Shown here one piece after another: positions 46,339 through 57,300 of a stretch of 64,000 nt of DNA. This DNA comes from an uncultured Pseudomonadota bacterium (GTDB taxonomy: Bacteria > UBA10199 > GCA-002796325 > 1-14-0-20-49-13). Position numbers and translations under genes: made by a program. The notes under the pieces were generated by a model. It saw only the letters and a program-made list of their open reading frames with translations. It was not told where the DNA came from and did not search any database. Numbering within the stretch: the stretch's first letter is position 1; each line of letters starts with the position of its first letter. The stretch is from assembly GCA_964647545.1 (NCBI GenBank), contig CAZYHS010000002.1, positions 34,695 to 98,694 on the forward strand, read 5' to 3'.

Positions 46339-47207
46339 AGCAACGTGATTTTGACATAGCGATACTTCTATCGGTGCTCCTGCATCTTTTATTTGTGGGA
46401 TTTTTCTATTTTGTCGGCCCGCTTTTAGAGACAGATCGGGAGACTGTCGCGCCGATCGAAGTCTTTTTGCAAAAACCCGACGGAGGCTGGCAGATCGCCG
46501 ATATTGATGAGCCCGCCGTTCAGCAAAAACCCGACAAATCGCGGCTTCTTGGGATGTACAACCAGAAGGCCGACGAAGAGACGGTCGCATTAAGCCGGAC
46601 CGGTCCGCGTGGAAGCGGCGGCGGACAGAAGCAGGGGAGCAAAGGGAGCCCGAAGACAGGCTCGGACAGCGCTGAAAAACAGAAAACTGCCCAGCGTGAA
46701 AAAATATCGCCCAAACAAAAGGGGAAGGATATTAATCTCTATCAGTTCGACCGGAAAATATTTTCGTCGAACAAGCCGCAGCAAAAGTCCGATTCGATGA
46801 TGATATCCAGCGGCCGCGGAGAGGGGGGCCTCTCCGAAGATTTCTTCCCCGATTTCAAAGTCGGCGGCAAAACCTACGTCAACGTTTTGCGTTATCCCGA
46901 AGTTGAGTATTTCGTACGTTTGAAGAGAATTTTTAGAATGACTTGGGATCCGGTCAGCGCGATTCGCAGCAAGCCCGTTAATTTGTCGGTGTCGCGCGGA
47001 GTCGTTTCGTGTGTTTTGGGGGTTTCGGTCGATAAAGCCGGAAATATGTCGGAGCTGTTCGTGCTTAAAAGTTCCGGAATACCGGTCTATGACGCTGAAG
47101 CTCTACGCACAATCCGTGCCTCGAGCCCGTTTGCCAGCCCGCCGGAAAAATTCCTCGAAAAGGACGGCGTCCTTCGTATGAGCTGGACCTTCGCCCTTTA
47201 TATCTGA
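46335..47207 (+). CDS. TonB-family protein (N-terminal TM, Pro/Lys/Gly-rich linker, C-terminal TonB domain)
   Basis: The start overlaps the recO stop (ATGA). The TM is ILLSVLLHLLFVGFFYFVGPL. The C-terminal domain reads VSCVLGVSVDKAGNMSELFVLKSSGIPVYDAEALRTIRASSPFASPP. Confidence 0.7.
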   Translation: MKQRDFDIAILLSVLLHLLFVGFFYFVGPLLETDRETVAPIEVFLQKPDGGWQIADIDEPAVQQKPDKSRLLGMYNQKADEETVALSRTGPRGSGGGQKQGSKGSPKTGSDSAEKQKTAQREKISPKQKGKDINLYQFDRKIFSSNKPQQKSDSMMISSGRGEGGLSEDFFPDFKVGGKTYVNVLRYPEVEYFVRLKRIFRMTWDPVSAIRSKPVNLSVSRGVVSCVLGVSVDKAGNMSELFVLKSSGIPVYDAEALRTIRASSPFASPPEKFLEKDGVLRMSWTFALYI

Positions 47208-47217
47208 CCCGCTTAGA

Positions 47218-47793
47218 TCAATAGAACACGGCCTGCAATCCAAGAAGCGCGGTGCCACCTATGAAAAATGCACCATCACCGTTTGCTTTGCCTCCGCCGA
47301 TGTGGCCCAAGATCTCGGTGTAAAACGCCAAAGGCGACCTAGGCGAAAATGGCACGATGTCGATGTGCAATCCGGCGGTAAAGGCAAGCGCCCAATAGCT
47401 TCCGGACGATGAACCGTCATCGGAGGGTTCGCCGATCCCGACATAGCCACCTTCACCTGAGCCTCTTATTGGGCCCCATTCGCCCGAAAGACCGACGCGC
47501 GAACCGAACTGCAGCCAATCCGACATCGATATCGAAGCGACGTAAGAGGAGGTCAGACGGTTTGCTCCGCTGCCCAGAAGTCTGTGGTATTCGATTATGT
47601 TCCAGTCGATATGGGCGGTGACCTTTTGGCATTTATTTATAAATGGCAAGCACGTCTCAGATGCTGACAGGCCGGTAAGATTTAACCCGCCGCCAACGGG
47701 AATGCTTAGCCCTCCCTGATTTGAATATGAAATGCCGCCCGTAGCTATCGGGCTAAGTCCGAAATATAAACTTGTGTCTCCAAGAAAACCCAT
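47218..47793 (-). CDS. Gly/Ser-rich hypothetical protein with an outer-membrane-beta-barrel-like C-terminus (...LLGLQAVFY) and no obvious signal peptide
   Basis: The start MGFLGD at 47793 has an excellent RBS (aaggagg). The longer ORF reaching 47865 would overlap the upstream BNR gene by 56 nt. Confidence 0.5.
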   Translation of the reverse strand: MGFLGDTSLYFGLSPIATGGISYSNQGGLSIPVGGGLNLTGLSASETCLPFINKCQKVTAHIDWNIIEYHRLLGSGANRLTSSYVASISMSDWLQFGSRVGLSGEWGPIRGSGEGGYVGIGEPSDDGSSSGSYWALAFTAGLHIDIVPFSPRSPLAFYTEILGHIGGGKANGDGAFFIGGTALLGLQAVFY

Positions 47794-47809
47794 AATTTCC
47801 TCCTTGTAA

Positions 47810-48946
47810 TTAGTTTGCCTTGCTTGTGATTCGTGAACTGAACAGACCTTTATCGGTTCCGACAAAAATGGACGCGCCGTCCGACGAAATGGTTCTTACT
47901 TCGTTGAACGGAGCTCCTTCGACCTTGCTCCATGATGTTCCTTGGGCCCCTTTAAAAAATAATCCGTCTAAAGTGCCGGCGAAAGTTGTGTCGCCTGTCG
48001 TAAGGATAGCCATGACATCCGACAGTTCACCGGCTTCAGACCATTCAGAATTTTTGTATTCGCTAATGTCGCTTGAGGTGCCGGCAAGATAATTGCCTGA
48101 GCTTATGACATGAATGGAGAGGACGTTCTTTCCTTTCAGGCCGGTCATTTCCCATTTTTCTCCCATGTCGCCGCTCTTCCAAAAGCCGTTGCTTGTAGCC
48201 GCCAACAGGAGACCGCCGTCTTTTTCGATATCGTTAACCACCAGTCCGAACAGTTCGTTTCCGCCTGTGTTTTTGATCGGGGCGCCGCTCCACAGATACG
48301 ACCTGTTGCTAGGCTCAAGAATGTGCTGCAAGATTTTGTCGTTATAAACAAGCCCTTGATCGTAGGCTACAATCGCTCTGTTTCCAGAAAAAATTATGTC
48401 GCAAACCCGCCTGACACCGATCGTCTCTTTTTTCCCTGACGAGGTGACTCCCTTCTGCTGAGCTCCCTTACAGGTCAGATGCGAACCGCTTTCGCCTCCT
48501 TGCGTTGAGATGGTTCTTAACGTGTCGACCACGTGCCAATCTGCGCCGTTATTTTCCGAATAGAAAAGAAAGCCGCTTGTTCCGGCAAATGCTCGAGCGC
48601 CAAAAAATGCTATCGCCGAGATCGGAAAGTCGGCAAAGCGTTCAAAATTATCCTTGGGCCATTTTATCGCTTTAAATTTTTCAACCGTTGCGATCAGGTC
48701 TATGGAATTGTTTTTCCACAGCTGGTTTGAAAAAACATCGACCGAACTTAACGCCGGCGATTCATTGGCGTTGCCGGTCATAAGAGGTCTTCCTGAACCG
48801 TCTGTTGCGATCGAATACGTGTCTGAATCTGTAAGTTGCTCCCAGTTAAACGGCGCAGTAGCGTTTGCAAATGCATTGGCCGCCGTAAAAGCAATAAATG
48901 AAAATACAGCTAGAAACGCGACTGCGAGTTGATAAGCTCTCTTCAT
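47810..48946 (-). CDS. Secreted BNR/Asp-box repeat protein (beta-propeller, Ycf48/sortilin-like)
   Basis: The signal peptide is MKRAYQLAVAFLAVFSFIAFTAANAFA. The Asp-box motifs are SENNGADWHVV, SGDMGEKWEMT and GAQGTSWSKV. Confidence 0.7.
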   Translation of the reverse strand: MKRAYQLAVAFLAVFSFIAFTAANAFANATAPFNWEQLTDSDTYSIATDGSGRPLMTGNANESPALSSVDVFSNQLWKNNSIDLIATVEKFKAIKWPKDNFERFADFPISAIAFFGARAFAGTSGFLFYSENNGADWHVVDTLRTISTQGGESGSHLTCKGAQQKGVTSSGKKETIGVRRVCDIIFSGNRAIVAYDQGLVYNDKILQHILEPSNRSYLWSGAPIKNTGGNELFGLVVNDIEKDGGLLLAATSNGFWKSGDMGEKWEMTGLKGKNVLSIHVISSGNYLAGTSSDISEYKNSEWSEAGELSDVMAILTTGDTTFAGTLDGLFFKGAQGTSWSKVEGAPFNEVRTISSDGASIFVGTDKGLFSSRITSKAN

Positions 48947-49021
48947 AAAATTTCTCCTAAAATTGAAAATTATAAATGACCTAAACTTTTCGGCCGATAT
49001 TATAAAAAGTTGCTAAATTAT

Positions 49022-49060
49022 TTAAAAAAAAGCCGGCACCGCATGAAGCGGTACCGGCTT
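49022..49060 (-). terminator. Rho-independent terminator downstream of gcvPB (minus strand)
   Basis: On the minus strand it reads aagccggtaccgc-ttcat-gcggtgccggcttttttttaa. The stem is 11 bp with one mismatch, followed by a U8 run. Confidence 0.7.
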
Positions 49061-49077
49061 GATAATAAACATGTTTT

Positions 49078-50523
49078 TTAATGTTGTCCGCAATTACATC
49101 CGGCCCCTGCCGCACACATCTCTTCTTTCGGGCCTTTCCAGATAAGGCGCGCCTCTTTGACCGCTTTGGCTTCGTCAAGGCGTCTGCGATAGGTTTTTGT
49201 CGGAGCGTTCTTTAGCAGGTCGGGATTTTCCTTAGCTTCGGCGGCAATTTTTAGCATGATATCGCAAAATTCATCGCAAGCCGCCTTGTTCTCCGATTCG
49301 GTCGGCTCGATCATGATTGCCCCGTGAACTATCAGCGGGAAATAGATCGTCGGCGGATGCATGCCGTAGTCCATAAGCCTTTTTGCGACATCGAGCGTTT
49401 TTACGCCGTTTTCATTTTGAAATTTGTCGGAGAAAACGCATTCGTGGAGCGAAGAACCTTCGTACGGAAGGTGGTAGGCCCCTTTGAGGCGGGCCTTCAC
49501 GTAAGCCGCATTGAGCACAGCAAGCTCTGTCGAACGCTTTAGCCCTTCTGCGCCAAGCTCACGAATGTAGGTGTAGGCCCTTACGCAGACGGCAAAATTG
49601 CCGTAGAAAGCCTTTACACGGCCGATCGACTTTTCGCCTTCCGGAAGAAAAGGGGTGAGTTCCTTTTTAACTCCGATAGGACCGGCTCCGGGGCCGCCTC
49701 CGCCGTGCGGAGTGGCGAACGTCTTGTGCAGGTTGAAGTGCATGACGTCGATGCCGAATTCTCCGGGACGCGCGATTCCCATGAGTGCGTTGAGGTTCGC
49801 TCCGTCCATGTAAACAAGTCCGCCTTTTGCGTGAACGATGTCGGCGACCTCTTTTATGTGGCGCTCAAAAATGCCGAGCGTGTTCGGGTTTGTGATCATG
49901 ATCGCGGCGACATCTTCGTCCATAGCCGCTTTCACGGCTTCCGGCGAGAGGCATCCGTCGGGGCCGCTCTTTAATTCGACCACCGAATAGCCGCAAATAG
50001 CGGTGCTGGCGGGATTTGTTCCGTGCGCGCTGTCGGGGATTAAAACTTTCTTGCGCGGATTTCCCTTGGCTTCGTGATAGGCGCGAACGACCAGCATGCC
50101 GGTGAGTTCACCGTGAGCTCCTGCCGCCGGTTGCAACGTGACCTTGTCCATACCGCTGATTTCGGCGAGGTAATTTTCGAGGTTTTTTATCAGCTCGAAA
50201 TTTCCTTCGACCGTATCTTTTGGCTGGTAGGGATGTGTTAGCGCAAATCCCGTAAGAGCGGCGGCTGCGTCGGCAGACTTTGGATTGTACTTCATCGTGC
50301 ACGAGCCGAGAGGATAGAAGCCGGCGTCCTTGTTATAATTGTAGGTCGAAAGTCTTACAAAGTGACGCACCACATCGGCCTCTGAAAGTTCGGGGAGGGC
50401 GGGGGCGTTCTTTCTTTTAAGCTTCACCGGAAACTCGGCGCGCGAAACGTTCGATTCGGGGAGCGAAAAGCCGGTGCGGCCGGCGACGCTTTGTTCAAAG
50501 ATCGATCTTTCTTCGAGTATCAT
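49078..50523 (-). CDS. gcvPB: Glycine dehydrogenase (decarboxylating) subunit 2 (P-protein C-terminal half, PLP-binding)
   Basis: It is 481 aa and follows gcvPA in a split P-protein arrangement. A PLP-lysine region is present (FNLHKTF). Confidence 0.9.
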   Translation of the reverse strand: MILEERSIFEQSVAGRTGFSLPESNVSRAEFPVKLKRKNAPALPELSEADVVRHFVRLSTYNYNKDAGFYPLGSCTMKYNPKSADAAAALTGFALTHPYQPKDTVEGNFELIKNLENYLAEISGMDKVTLQPAAGAHGELTGMLVVRAYHEAKGNPRKKVLIPDSAHGTNPASTAICGYSVVELKSGPDGCLSPEAVKAAMDEDVAAIMITNPNTLGIFERHIKEVADIVHAKGGLVYMDGANLNALMGIARPGEFGIDVMHFNLHKTFATPHGGGGPGAGPIGVKKELTPFLPEGEKSIGRVKAFYGNFAVCVRAYTYIRELGAEGLKRSTELAVLNAAYVKARLKGAYHLPYEGSSLHECVFSDKFQNENGVKTLDVAKRLMDYGMHPPTIYFPLIVHGAIMIEPTESENKAACDEFCDIMLKIAAEAKENPDLLKNAPTKTYRRRLDEAKAVKEARLIWKGPKEEMCAAGAGCNCGQH

Positions 50524-50588
50524 AAATTAGAATCTCCACGGGGGATCCTTCGGTCGCTTAGCGCGACCTCGGGATGGCCCTCAACGGG

Positions 50589-51920
50589 TCACCTTTTGAT
50601 TGCGTTGGCAAGGAGGTCGATTTGCTCCTTGCTGTTGAGTTCGGTCACGCAGACGAGCAGACAGTTTTTGTACGCCGGAAACCATTTTCCGAGGGCTACC
50701 CCCGCGAAAATATTTTTTGTCGCGAGCTCTTTGACCACATCTTCGGCGTCGCGGTTTGTGTCGATGACGAACTCGTTAAAAGTTGTGCCGCTAAATTTTA
50801 CTTTCGTGCCGTTTGCGGCGAGCTTTGACTTGGCATATTCGGCCAAATCGAAGTTCAACTGGGCAAGTTTTTCGATGCCCTGTTTGCCGATAAGCGATAG
50901 ATAGACCGCAGCCGTTGTGGCGCATAGCGCTTCGTTCGAACAGATGTTCGATGTCGCCTTTTCGCGGCGGATGTGCTGCTCGCGCGTTGCGAAGGTCAAA
51001 ACGTAGCCGAGCTTGCCGTCGGCGTCCAAGGTCTGTCCGACTATGCGGCCGGGCATCTGACGCAGGAATTTTTCTTTTGCGGCAAAGATGCCGAGGTTCG
51101 GCCCGCCGAAATTTGTGCCGCAACCGAAGGCCTGACCTTCGGCGCAGACGATGTCGGCGCCCAAGTTTCCGGGAGCTTCAAGAAGTCCCATTGAAATAGG
51201 CTCGCAAACGACGGCCGTGAAAATTCCGCCGGCCTTGTGCACAATTTCTGAAAGTTCGGCGATGTTTTCGACTACGCCGAAGAAGTTCGGATAGCCGGCG
51301 ATAAGTCCTGCCGCCTTGTCGTTACATTCGTCGCGCAGGTGCGACATGTTGATCGCACCGGTTTCGTCGTGAGAGATAAGCACTATCTCAGCGTTGCTTG
51401 GCTTGAGAATCGTGCGCATTGTTTCGATGTATTCGGGGTGAAGCGTGTCGGCCACCAGAATGCGCGGACGTTTTGTCGAGCGCAGCGATATCATTGCGGC
51501 TTCGACAGTTGCTGTTGCGCCGTCGTAGTGAGATGCGTTTGAAACGTCCATGCCGAAAAGGGCGCAGATCATCGACTGGTATTCAAATACCGTCTGAAGC
51601 GTTCCCTGACTGATTTCGGGCTGGTAAGGTGTGTAAGGCGTTATAAATTCACTGCGTGTGACGATCGTTTTGACCGCCGACGGGACGAAATGTCTGTACG
51701 AACCGGCCCCGAGAAAACTGACTGCGTCGGTTTTGTTCTTTTTGCAAAGCTCGTCGAGGTGCGACATGAGCTCCTGCTCGCTCAAAGGCTTTGGCAGCTT
51801 CATTTCGCCTTTGATGCGGATTTCCTCGGGGATAGAATCAAAAAGGTCGCCGATGTCCTTGACGCCGGCGACCTTTAACATTTCCCTCGTCTCCAGATCG
51901 GTGTGGGGAAGGTATCTCAT
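50589..51920 (-). CDS. gcvPA: Glycine dehydrogenase (decarboxylating) subunit 1 (P-protein N-terminal half)
   Basis: It is 443 aa. The N-terminus is MRYLPHTDLETREMLKVAGV, typical of GcvPA. Confidence 0.9.
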   Translation of the reverse strand: MRYLPHTDLETREMLKVAGVKDIGDLFDSIPEEIRIKGEMKLPKPLSEQELMSHLDELCKKNKTDAVSFLGAGSYRHFVPSAVKTIVTRSEFITPYTPYQPEISQGTLQTVFEYQSMICALFGMDVSNASHYDGATATVEAAMISLRSTKRPRILVADTLHPEYIETMRTILKPSNAEIVLISHDETGAINMSHLRDECNDKAAGLIAGYPNFFGVVENIAELSEIVHKAGGIFTAVVCEPISMGLLEAPGNLGADIVCAEGQAFGCGTNFGGPNLGIFAAKEKFLRQMPGRIVGQTLDADGKLGYVLTFATREQHIRREKATSNICSNEALCATTAAVYLSLIGKQGIEKLAQLNFDLAEYAKSKLAANGTKVKFSGTTFNEFVIDTNRDAEDVVKELATKNIFAGVALGKWFPAYKNCLLVCVTELNSKEQIDLLANAIKR

Positions 51921-51926
51921 ATTTTT

Positions 51927-52316
51927 TTATGCTTTCTCTTCTGAAACGAATTCCTCGTATTCTTTTGCGTCCATGAGGTCGTTGAGTTCGTTTGTGTCGC
52001 TCATTTCGATCTTGCAGATCCAGCCTTCGTTGTAGGGATCTTCGTTGACCGTTTCCGGATTGTCCTTAAGAGGTTCGTTGATTTCGACGACCTTGCCAGA
52101 GATGGGGGCATAAACGTCGCTGACCGATTTGACCGATTCGACCACGCCGAAAGCGTCGCCCTTTGAGATGATCTCGCCGTCGTCGGGAAGTTCGACATAG
52201 ACGATGTCGCCCATTTGTTCCTGTGCGTAGTCGGTGATCCCCATTGTGGCGATCTTGCCGTCAACTTTTATCCATTCGTGCTCTTTTGTGTATTTCACGT
52301 CGTCTGCGAATTCCAT
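51927..52316 (-). CDS. gcvH: Glycine cleavage system H protein (lipoyl carrier)
   Basis: It is 129 aa. The lipoyl-lysine motif ESVKSVSDVYAP is present. Confidence 0.9.
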   Translation of the reverse strand: MEFADDVKYTKEHEWIKVDGKIATMGITDYAQEQMGDIVYVELPDDGEIISKGDAFGVVESVKSVSDVYAPISGKVVEINEPLKDNPETVNEDPYNEGWICKIEMSDTNELNDLMDAKEYEEFVSEEKA

Positions 52317-52343
52317 GATTCCTCCGTTGAATTATGAAGCGAT

Positions 52344-53447
52344 TTATTTTTTATAGAAAGGGGTCTCGATGACCTCTGCTAGCCGCATGCGTCCGCGTAT
52401 GTCAACGAAAAATTTTGAACCGATCGCTCCTTTTGCAACAGGTACCAGCGCGCAGCCGATCGGTTTTTTAAGAGAAGGCGACATTGTGCCGCTGGTGACG
52501 TGTCCGATGGGTTCGTTTGAGGGAGAACCGTCGGCAAGGATGTCGAATACTTTGTAGCCGTCACGCGGAATACCGGCTTCCGTTAAGGTAAAGCCGACGA
52601 CCTTGCGTTTGATGCCTTCGGCTTTGAGCTTTTCGATCGCCGCTTTGCCGATAAAATCTGACTTCGCCAGTTTTACGACCCAGTTGAGGCCGGCTTCTAG
52701 AGGGCTGATCCCTTCGTTCATTTCGTGCCCATAGAGCGTGTATTTCATTTCGAGGCGTAGCGTGTCGCGTGCGCCGAGTCCGACCGGCACCAGTCCCATA
52801 GGTTTGCCGGTCTCAAGAAGCAGTTGCCAGATGTGAGCGGCTTTGTCCGGCGGCATGAAAAGTTCAAAACCGTCTTCGCCTGTGTAACCGGTACGGGCAA
52901 GCAGACAGTCGTTTACGTCGCCCAGATTTCCGTATGCAAAATGAAATGTTTTGATCGATGAAAGATCGGCCTTCGTGATTTTTTGGACGATTTCTGCGGC
53001 CTTTGGTCCTTGAATCGCGATGAGCGCGAAGTCGTCGCTTCTGTTGGTGACCTTGACGTCGCCTTGAACGTGGCTTGTGACCCACGCCCAGTCTTTATCG
53101 ATGTTTGCGGCGTTAACCACGAGCATCATGTGTTCGGGGTTGAAGCGATAGACGATAACATCGTCGACCGGCGTTCCTTTCTCGTTGCAAAGGAGCGAAT
53201 AGACCGCTTGCCCGTTCACAAGTTTTTCGGCGTCGTTGGTCGTAAGATGGTTCACACACTTGAGGGCGTCTTTGCCTTTGAATTCGAACTGGCCCATATG
53301 GCTGACGTCGAAAAGGCCGGCGGCGTTTCTTACCGCGAGGTGTTCTTCTATGACGCCGGTGTAGAGGACGGGCATTTCCCATCCGCCGAATTCGACCATT
53401 TTACCTTTTGCCTTGATGTGTTCGTTGAAAAGCGGAGTGCGTTTCAT
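52344..53447 (-). CDS. gcvT: Aminomethyltransferase (glycine cleavage T protein)
   Basis: It is 367 aa. The GcvT N-terminus reads KRTPLFNEHIKAKGKMVEFGGWEMPVLY. Confidence 0.9.
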   Translation of the reverse strand: MKRTPLFNEHIKAKGKMVEFGGWEMPVLYTGVIEEHLAVRNAAGLFDVSHMGQFEFKGKDALKCVNHLTTNDAEKLVNGQAVYSLLCNEKGTPVDDVIVYRFNPEHMMLVVNAANIDKDWAWVTSHVQGDVKVTNRSDDFALIAIQGPKAAEIVQKITKADLSSIKTFHFAYGNLGDVNDCLLARTGYTGEDGFELFMPPDKAAHIWQLLLETGKPMGLVPVGLGARDTLRLEMKYTLYGHEMNEGISPLEAGLNWVVKLAKSDFIGKAAIEKLKAEGIKRKVVGFTLTEAGIPRDGYKVFDILADGSPSNEPIGHVTSGTMSPSLKKPIGCALVPVAKGAIGSKFFVDIRGRMRLAEVIETPFYKK

Positions 53448-53506
53448 TTTTTTCTCCCGTTCTTGTCATGCCCGCGAAGCGTAATGCGGGGAAGACCGTC
53501 TATTCA

Positions 53507-54349
53507 TTATTTGCCGTGCGCCAGTTTGTAGGCGTTGAGCGTGTTTTTCATGAGCATTGCAATCGTCATAGGCCCGACGCCTCCGGGGACCGGCGTGATG
53601 AAACTTGCGTTCTTGCTTGCTTCGGCAAAATCGACGTCGCCCGTCAGTTTTCCTTCTGCGTTGCGGTTGATGCCGACGTCAAGAACGACGGCCCCTTTTT
53701 TGACCCAGTCGCCACGAACGAAGTTTGCCTTGCCGATTGCGGCGACAACGACATCTGCCGAACGAACTACGTCGGGGAGGTTTTGCGTGCGCGAATGGCA
53801 GATCGTTATCGTTGCGTGGCGTTCAAGGAGCATGATCGACATCGGCTTGCCGACGATGTTCGATCTGCCGATTATGACGGCGTGCTTTCCCTTGAGGTCG
53901 TAGCCGATCGAATCGAGCATCTCCATGACGCCGTACGGAGTGCACGGGCGCAGTCCCTTTTGCCCTGTGAGGAGTCGGCCCATGCTTACCGGATGAAATC
54001 CATCGACATCTTTGTCGGGGTTGATCGAATTGAGGACCTTTTGCGAGTCGATGTGATTTGGAAGAGGGAGCTGAATTAAAATGCCGTGAACCGCTTCGTC
54101 GTAGTTCAGTTTGTGGACAAGGGCCAGCAGTTCTTCTTCGGTGGTAGTCTCCGGAAGAGTATGGTCAAAACTTGTGATGCCGATCTCGGCGCACGCTTTC
54201 TTTTTATTGCGCACATAGACCTGACTTGCGGGGTCGCTTCCAACCAGTACGACCGCAAGGCCGGGGACGATCTTTGATTCTGCAATTTCGGTTTTAATGG
54301 AATTTCTGACTTTTTCGGCAAGGAGTTTGCCGTCGATTAGGTTTGTCAT
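53507..54349 (-). CDS. folD: Bifunctional 5,10-methylene-THF dehydrogenase / 5,10-methenyl-THF cyclohydrolase
   Basis: It is 280 aa. The motifs [12 protein letters not shown] ... [21 protein letters not shown] and [10 protein letters not shown] are present. Confidence 0.9.
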   Translation of the reverse strand: MTNLIDGKLLAEKVRNSIKTEIAESKIVPGLAVVLVGSDPASQVYVRNKKKACAEIGITSFDHTLPETTTEEELLALVHKLNYDEAVHGILIQLPLPNHIDSQKVLNSINPDKDVDGFHPVSMGRLLTGQKGLRPCTPYGVMEMLDSIGYDLKGKHAVIIGRSNIVGKPMSIMLLERHATITICHSRTQNLPDVVRSADVVVAAIGKANFVRGDWVKKGAVVLDVGINRNAEGKLTGDVDFAEASKNASFITPVPGGVGPMTIAMLMKNTLNAYKLAHGK

Positions 54350-54389
54350 GGCGGCTAACTAGTAAACGCCTCCGCTCATTGTCAACGAA

Positions 54390-57300
54390 TTAAAAAAGTT
54401 TCTGGAGGAGAGAGCGGGTTGCCGACAAAATTTCCTTCGCGTTCTTATCGGGATGCCTGAAAAACAGGTCGGCCGGCTGCCTGAACGCGAAATTTTTGGG
54501 GTCCTTATTTACAAGCGATAGAACGGTTTGTGGGTTTACATGCGTAGCCTGATTAAATTTTACGACGATCGAGCCGCGCTCATAGGATATAGAATTTACC
54601 TTAAGTTTACGAGCTAAAATCTTGATTTCTATGACTTTTAACAGATTGATGGTTTCGGGTGGAATGCTACCGAACCGGTCGGTTATTTCGGCCGCCATGG
54701 TATCGAGCTCTTCGACGTTTTCCAGCTCGGCCAATCTGCGGTAGAGGACAAGTCTTTGCCCTTCGTCGCCGACGAAGCTGGTCGGGATGAACGCTTCGAC
54801 CGGCAGCGATATTTCTGCGTCGGTCTTTACCTCTTCGGGCTGGCCTTGTAACTGCCGGATGGCTCTCTCCAGCAGCTCCATGTACATTTCAAATCCGATG
54901 GCGTTAATATGCCCCGACTGCTGCGCTCCGAGCAGGTTTCCGGCGCCGCGAATTTCCAGATCGTGCATAGCGATCTGAAAGCCGCTGCCGAGCTCCGTGT
55001 AACGCTGAAGAAGCGCCAGTCTCTTTTGAGCGGTAACGCCTACGACTTCGTCTTTGGGTTTGAGAAGGTAGGCGTAGGCCTGAACGTTCGATCTGCCGAC
55101 GCGTCCTCTTAACTGATAGAGTTGCGCCAGCCCCATTCTGTCGGCCCGATTTATAATGATCGTGTTTGCGCTTGAAATGTCTATCCCCGATTCGATGATG
55201 GTCGTACAAAGGAGGACGTTCGCCTTTTTTTCAAGGAAACGGATCATTACGTCTTCGAGTTCGCCTTCGTTCATCTGACCGTGTCCTACGACAATTCTGG
55301 CCTCTGGGACTATCTTGGCAAGCATCTCCGCCATTCGATTGATAGTTTCGACGCGGTTGTGCACGAAAAAGACCTGCCCGCCGCGCGCAAGTTCGCCCAT
55401 GATCGCCCCGCGGATGAGCGTTTCGTCGAATTCGGCCACGAATGTGCGAATGGCCAGACGATTGGCCGGCGGCGTGTTAATGATGCTTATGTCGCGCAGT
55501 CCGGCAAGCGACATGTGAAGCGTACGCGGGATCGGCGTGGCCGTCATTGTGATGGTGTCGATTTGCGTCTTGAGTTTGCGGATGCGCTCTTTGTGTGCGA
55601 CGCCGAAGTGATGTTCTTCGTCGATGACGAGCAGCCCAAGGTCTGAATATTTTATGTCGCGCCCCAGCAGTTTGTGAGTGCCGACGATGATGTCAATTTG
55701 CCCCTTGGCCAGCTCGGCGACGATGTGCCGTTGTTCGGAGGCCGTTCTAAAGCGCGACAGCATTTCGATGCGGACCGGCCACTTTTCAAAGCGCGTGAGA
55801 AAGTTTTCGTAGTGCTGAAAAGCGAGAACTGTCGTCGGCACAAGAACCGCGACCTGCTTACCGTCGAGCACCGCTTTGAATGCGGCGCGCATCGCCACTT
55901 CGGTTTTCCCGTAGCCGACGTCGCCGCATATGAGGCGGTCGGCCGGCGTATCTTTCTGCATGTCCTTGAGAGTCTCTTCGATTGCGCGCAGCTGGTCGGG
56001 GGTTTCGTCGAACGGAAACGCGGCCTCAAATTCTTCGAACGAATGGTCGGGGGGAGAGAACGCAAATCCCCCTTTGACTTTTCTGGCGGCGTAAATTTTT
56101 AGTAGCTCTAGCGCCATGGTTCTTATTTCGGAGTTGACCTTTTGCTGGGTTTTGCTCCAGCGCGTGCCGCCGAGTTTGTCTAGCGAAACGTGGTCGGGGT
56201 CTCCGATGTAACGGCTGATGAGATTGATGCGCCAGACCGGCAGATAGAGTTTGTCCTCTCCAAGGTACTGCAAAAGCATGAAATCGTTTTTGGTGCCGCC
56301 GAGGTCGAGATTTTTTAGCCCTAAAAAACGGCCGATGCCGTGGTCTTTGTGAATTACGAGGTCGCCGCTTGCAAGTTCGCTGAAGTCGGTGAATGTTTGC
56401 AGCGCCGATGCGACCGGCGCTCTGCGGTTTATCTTTGTGCCGAATATCGTTTCGTCGGTGAGTAGCGCAATATTATCGTCAAGAGAGGCAAAGGCTCCGG
56501 AAATTTCGCCGAGCATGACCCACACGTTGGAGCGCCCAAGAGTCAGGACCTCGGAGAACGAGCCTTCGAATATTTCGGAGGCGACCCCCTGCCAGCGCAG
56601 CAGGTCGAGCACTCTTTCGGCTTGCGTTGTCGTGTGACAGGTCACGACGATCTTCATCGACATTTCCTGCCAAGCTCGTATTTGTTTAATGGCCGCCGCT
56701 ACCGGTTTGTCTGCGGGAGAGAGACGTTTTTCAAGTGTCTGTGCGTCCAAGCCGCTTGTGAGGGTTCTGTGCGTGATGCTCTGGAATTTCCGGCCTGAAG
56801 CTAGGTCTTCGAAAGTCGTCTTTTTAAGTGCCGGAAGTATCTCGTCATCGAACAGCTCGTCGGGGGCGATTATTTTTTCGATATGTTTTGCCGCCTCACG
56901 TGCGCTTTGCAGCCGGTCGAAAAGTTTCTTCCGCGCCGAGTCGAGGGAAATTTCGTCATCGAGATAGACCAGCGTCTCTTCGGGGAGATAGTCGCTAAGG
57001 GATGCGCACTTGTTGTAAAAGAGCGGCATCAGCGTTTCGGTGGCCGGCCCGTAGAAATTGTTGGCGATCCCTTCGGCAAATTCCCGCCGCTCGCTTGCCT
57101 TGATTTCATGAGTGTCGCAGCGATCTTTTAAACGGCTGTTGAGAAGCTCTTTGCTTTGCTCCGTAAGGACGATATTTCGCGCCGGAATGAGCTCGAACTC
57201 GCTAATTGAAAAACTCGAGCGCTGAGTTGAAGGATCGAAGGTCCGAATTGATGTGATTTCGTCGCCGTCGAGTTCGCATCTTACGGGGCGATCGAGGGTG

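Noticed and set aside
53448-53506. Glycine riboswitch upstream of gcvT
   Set aside because: The gap is only 59 bp, too short for even one aptamer, and the conserved glycine-riboswitch core is not visible.
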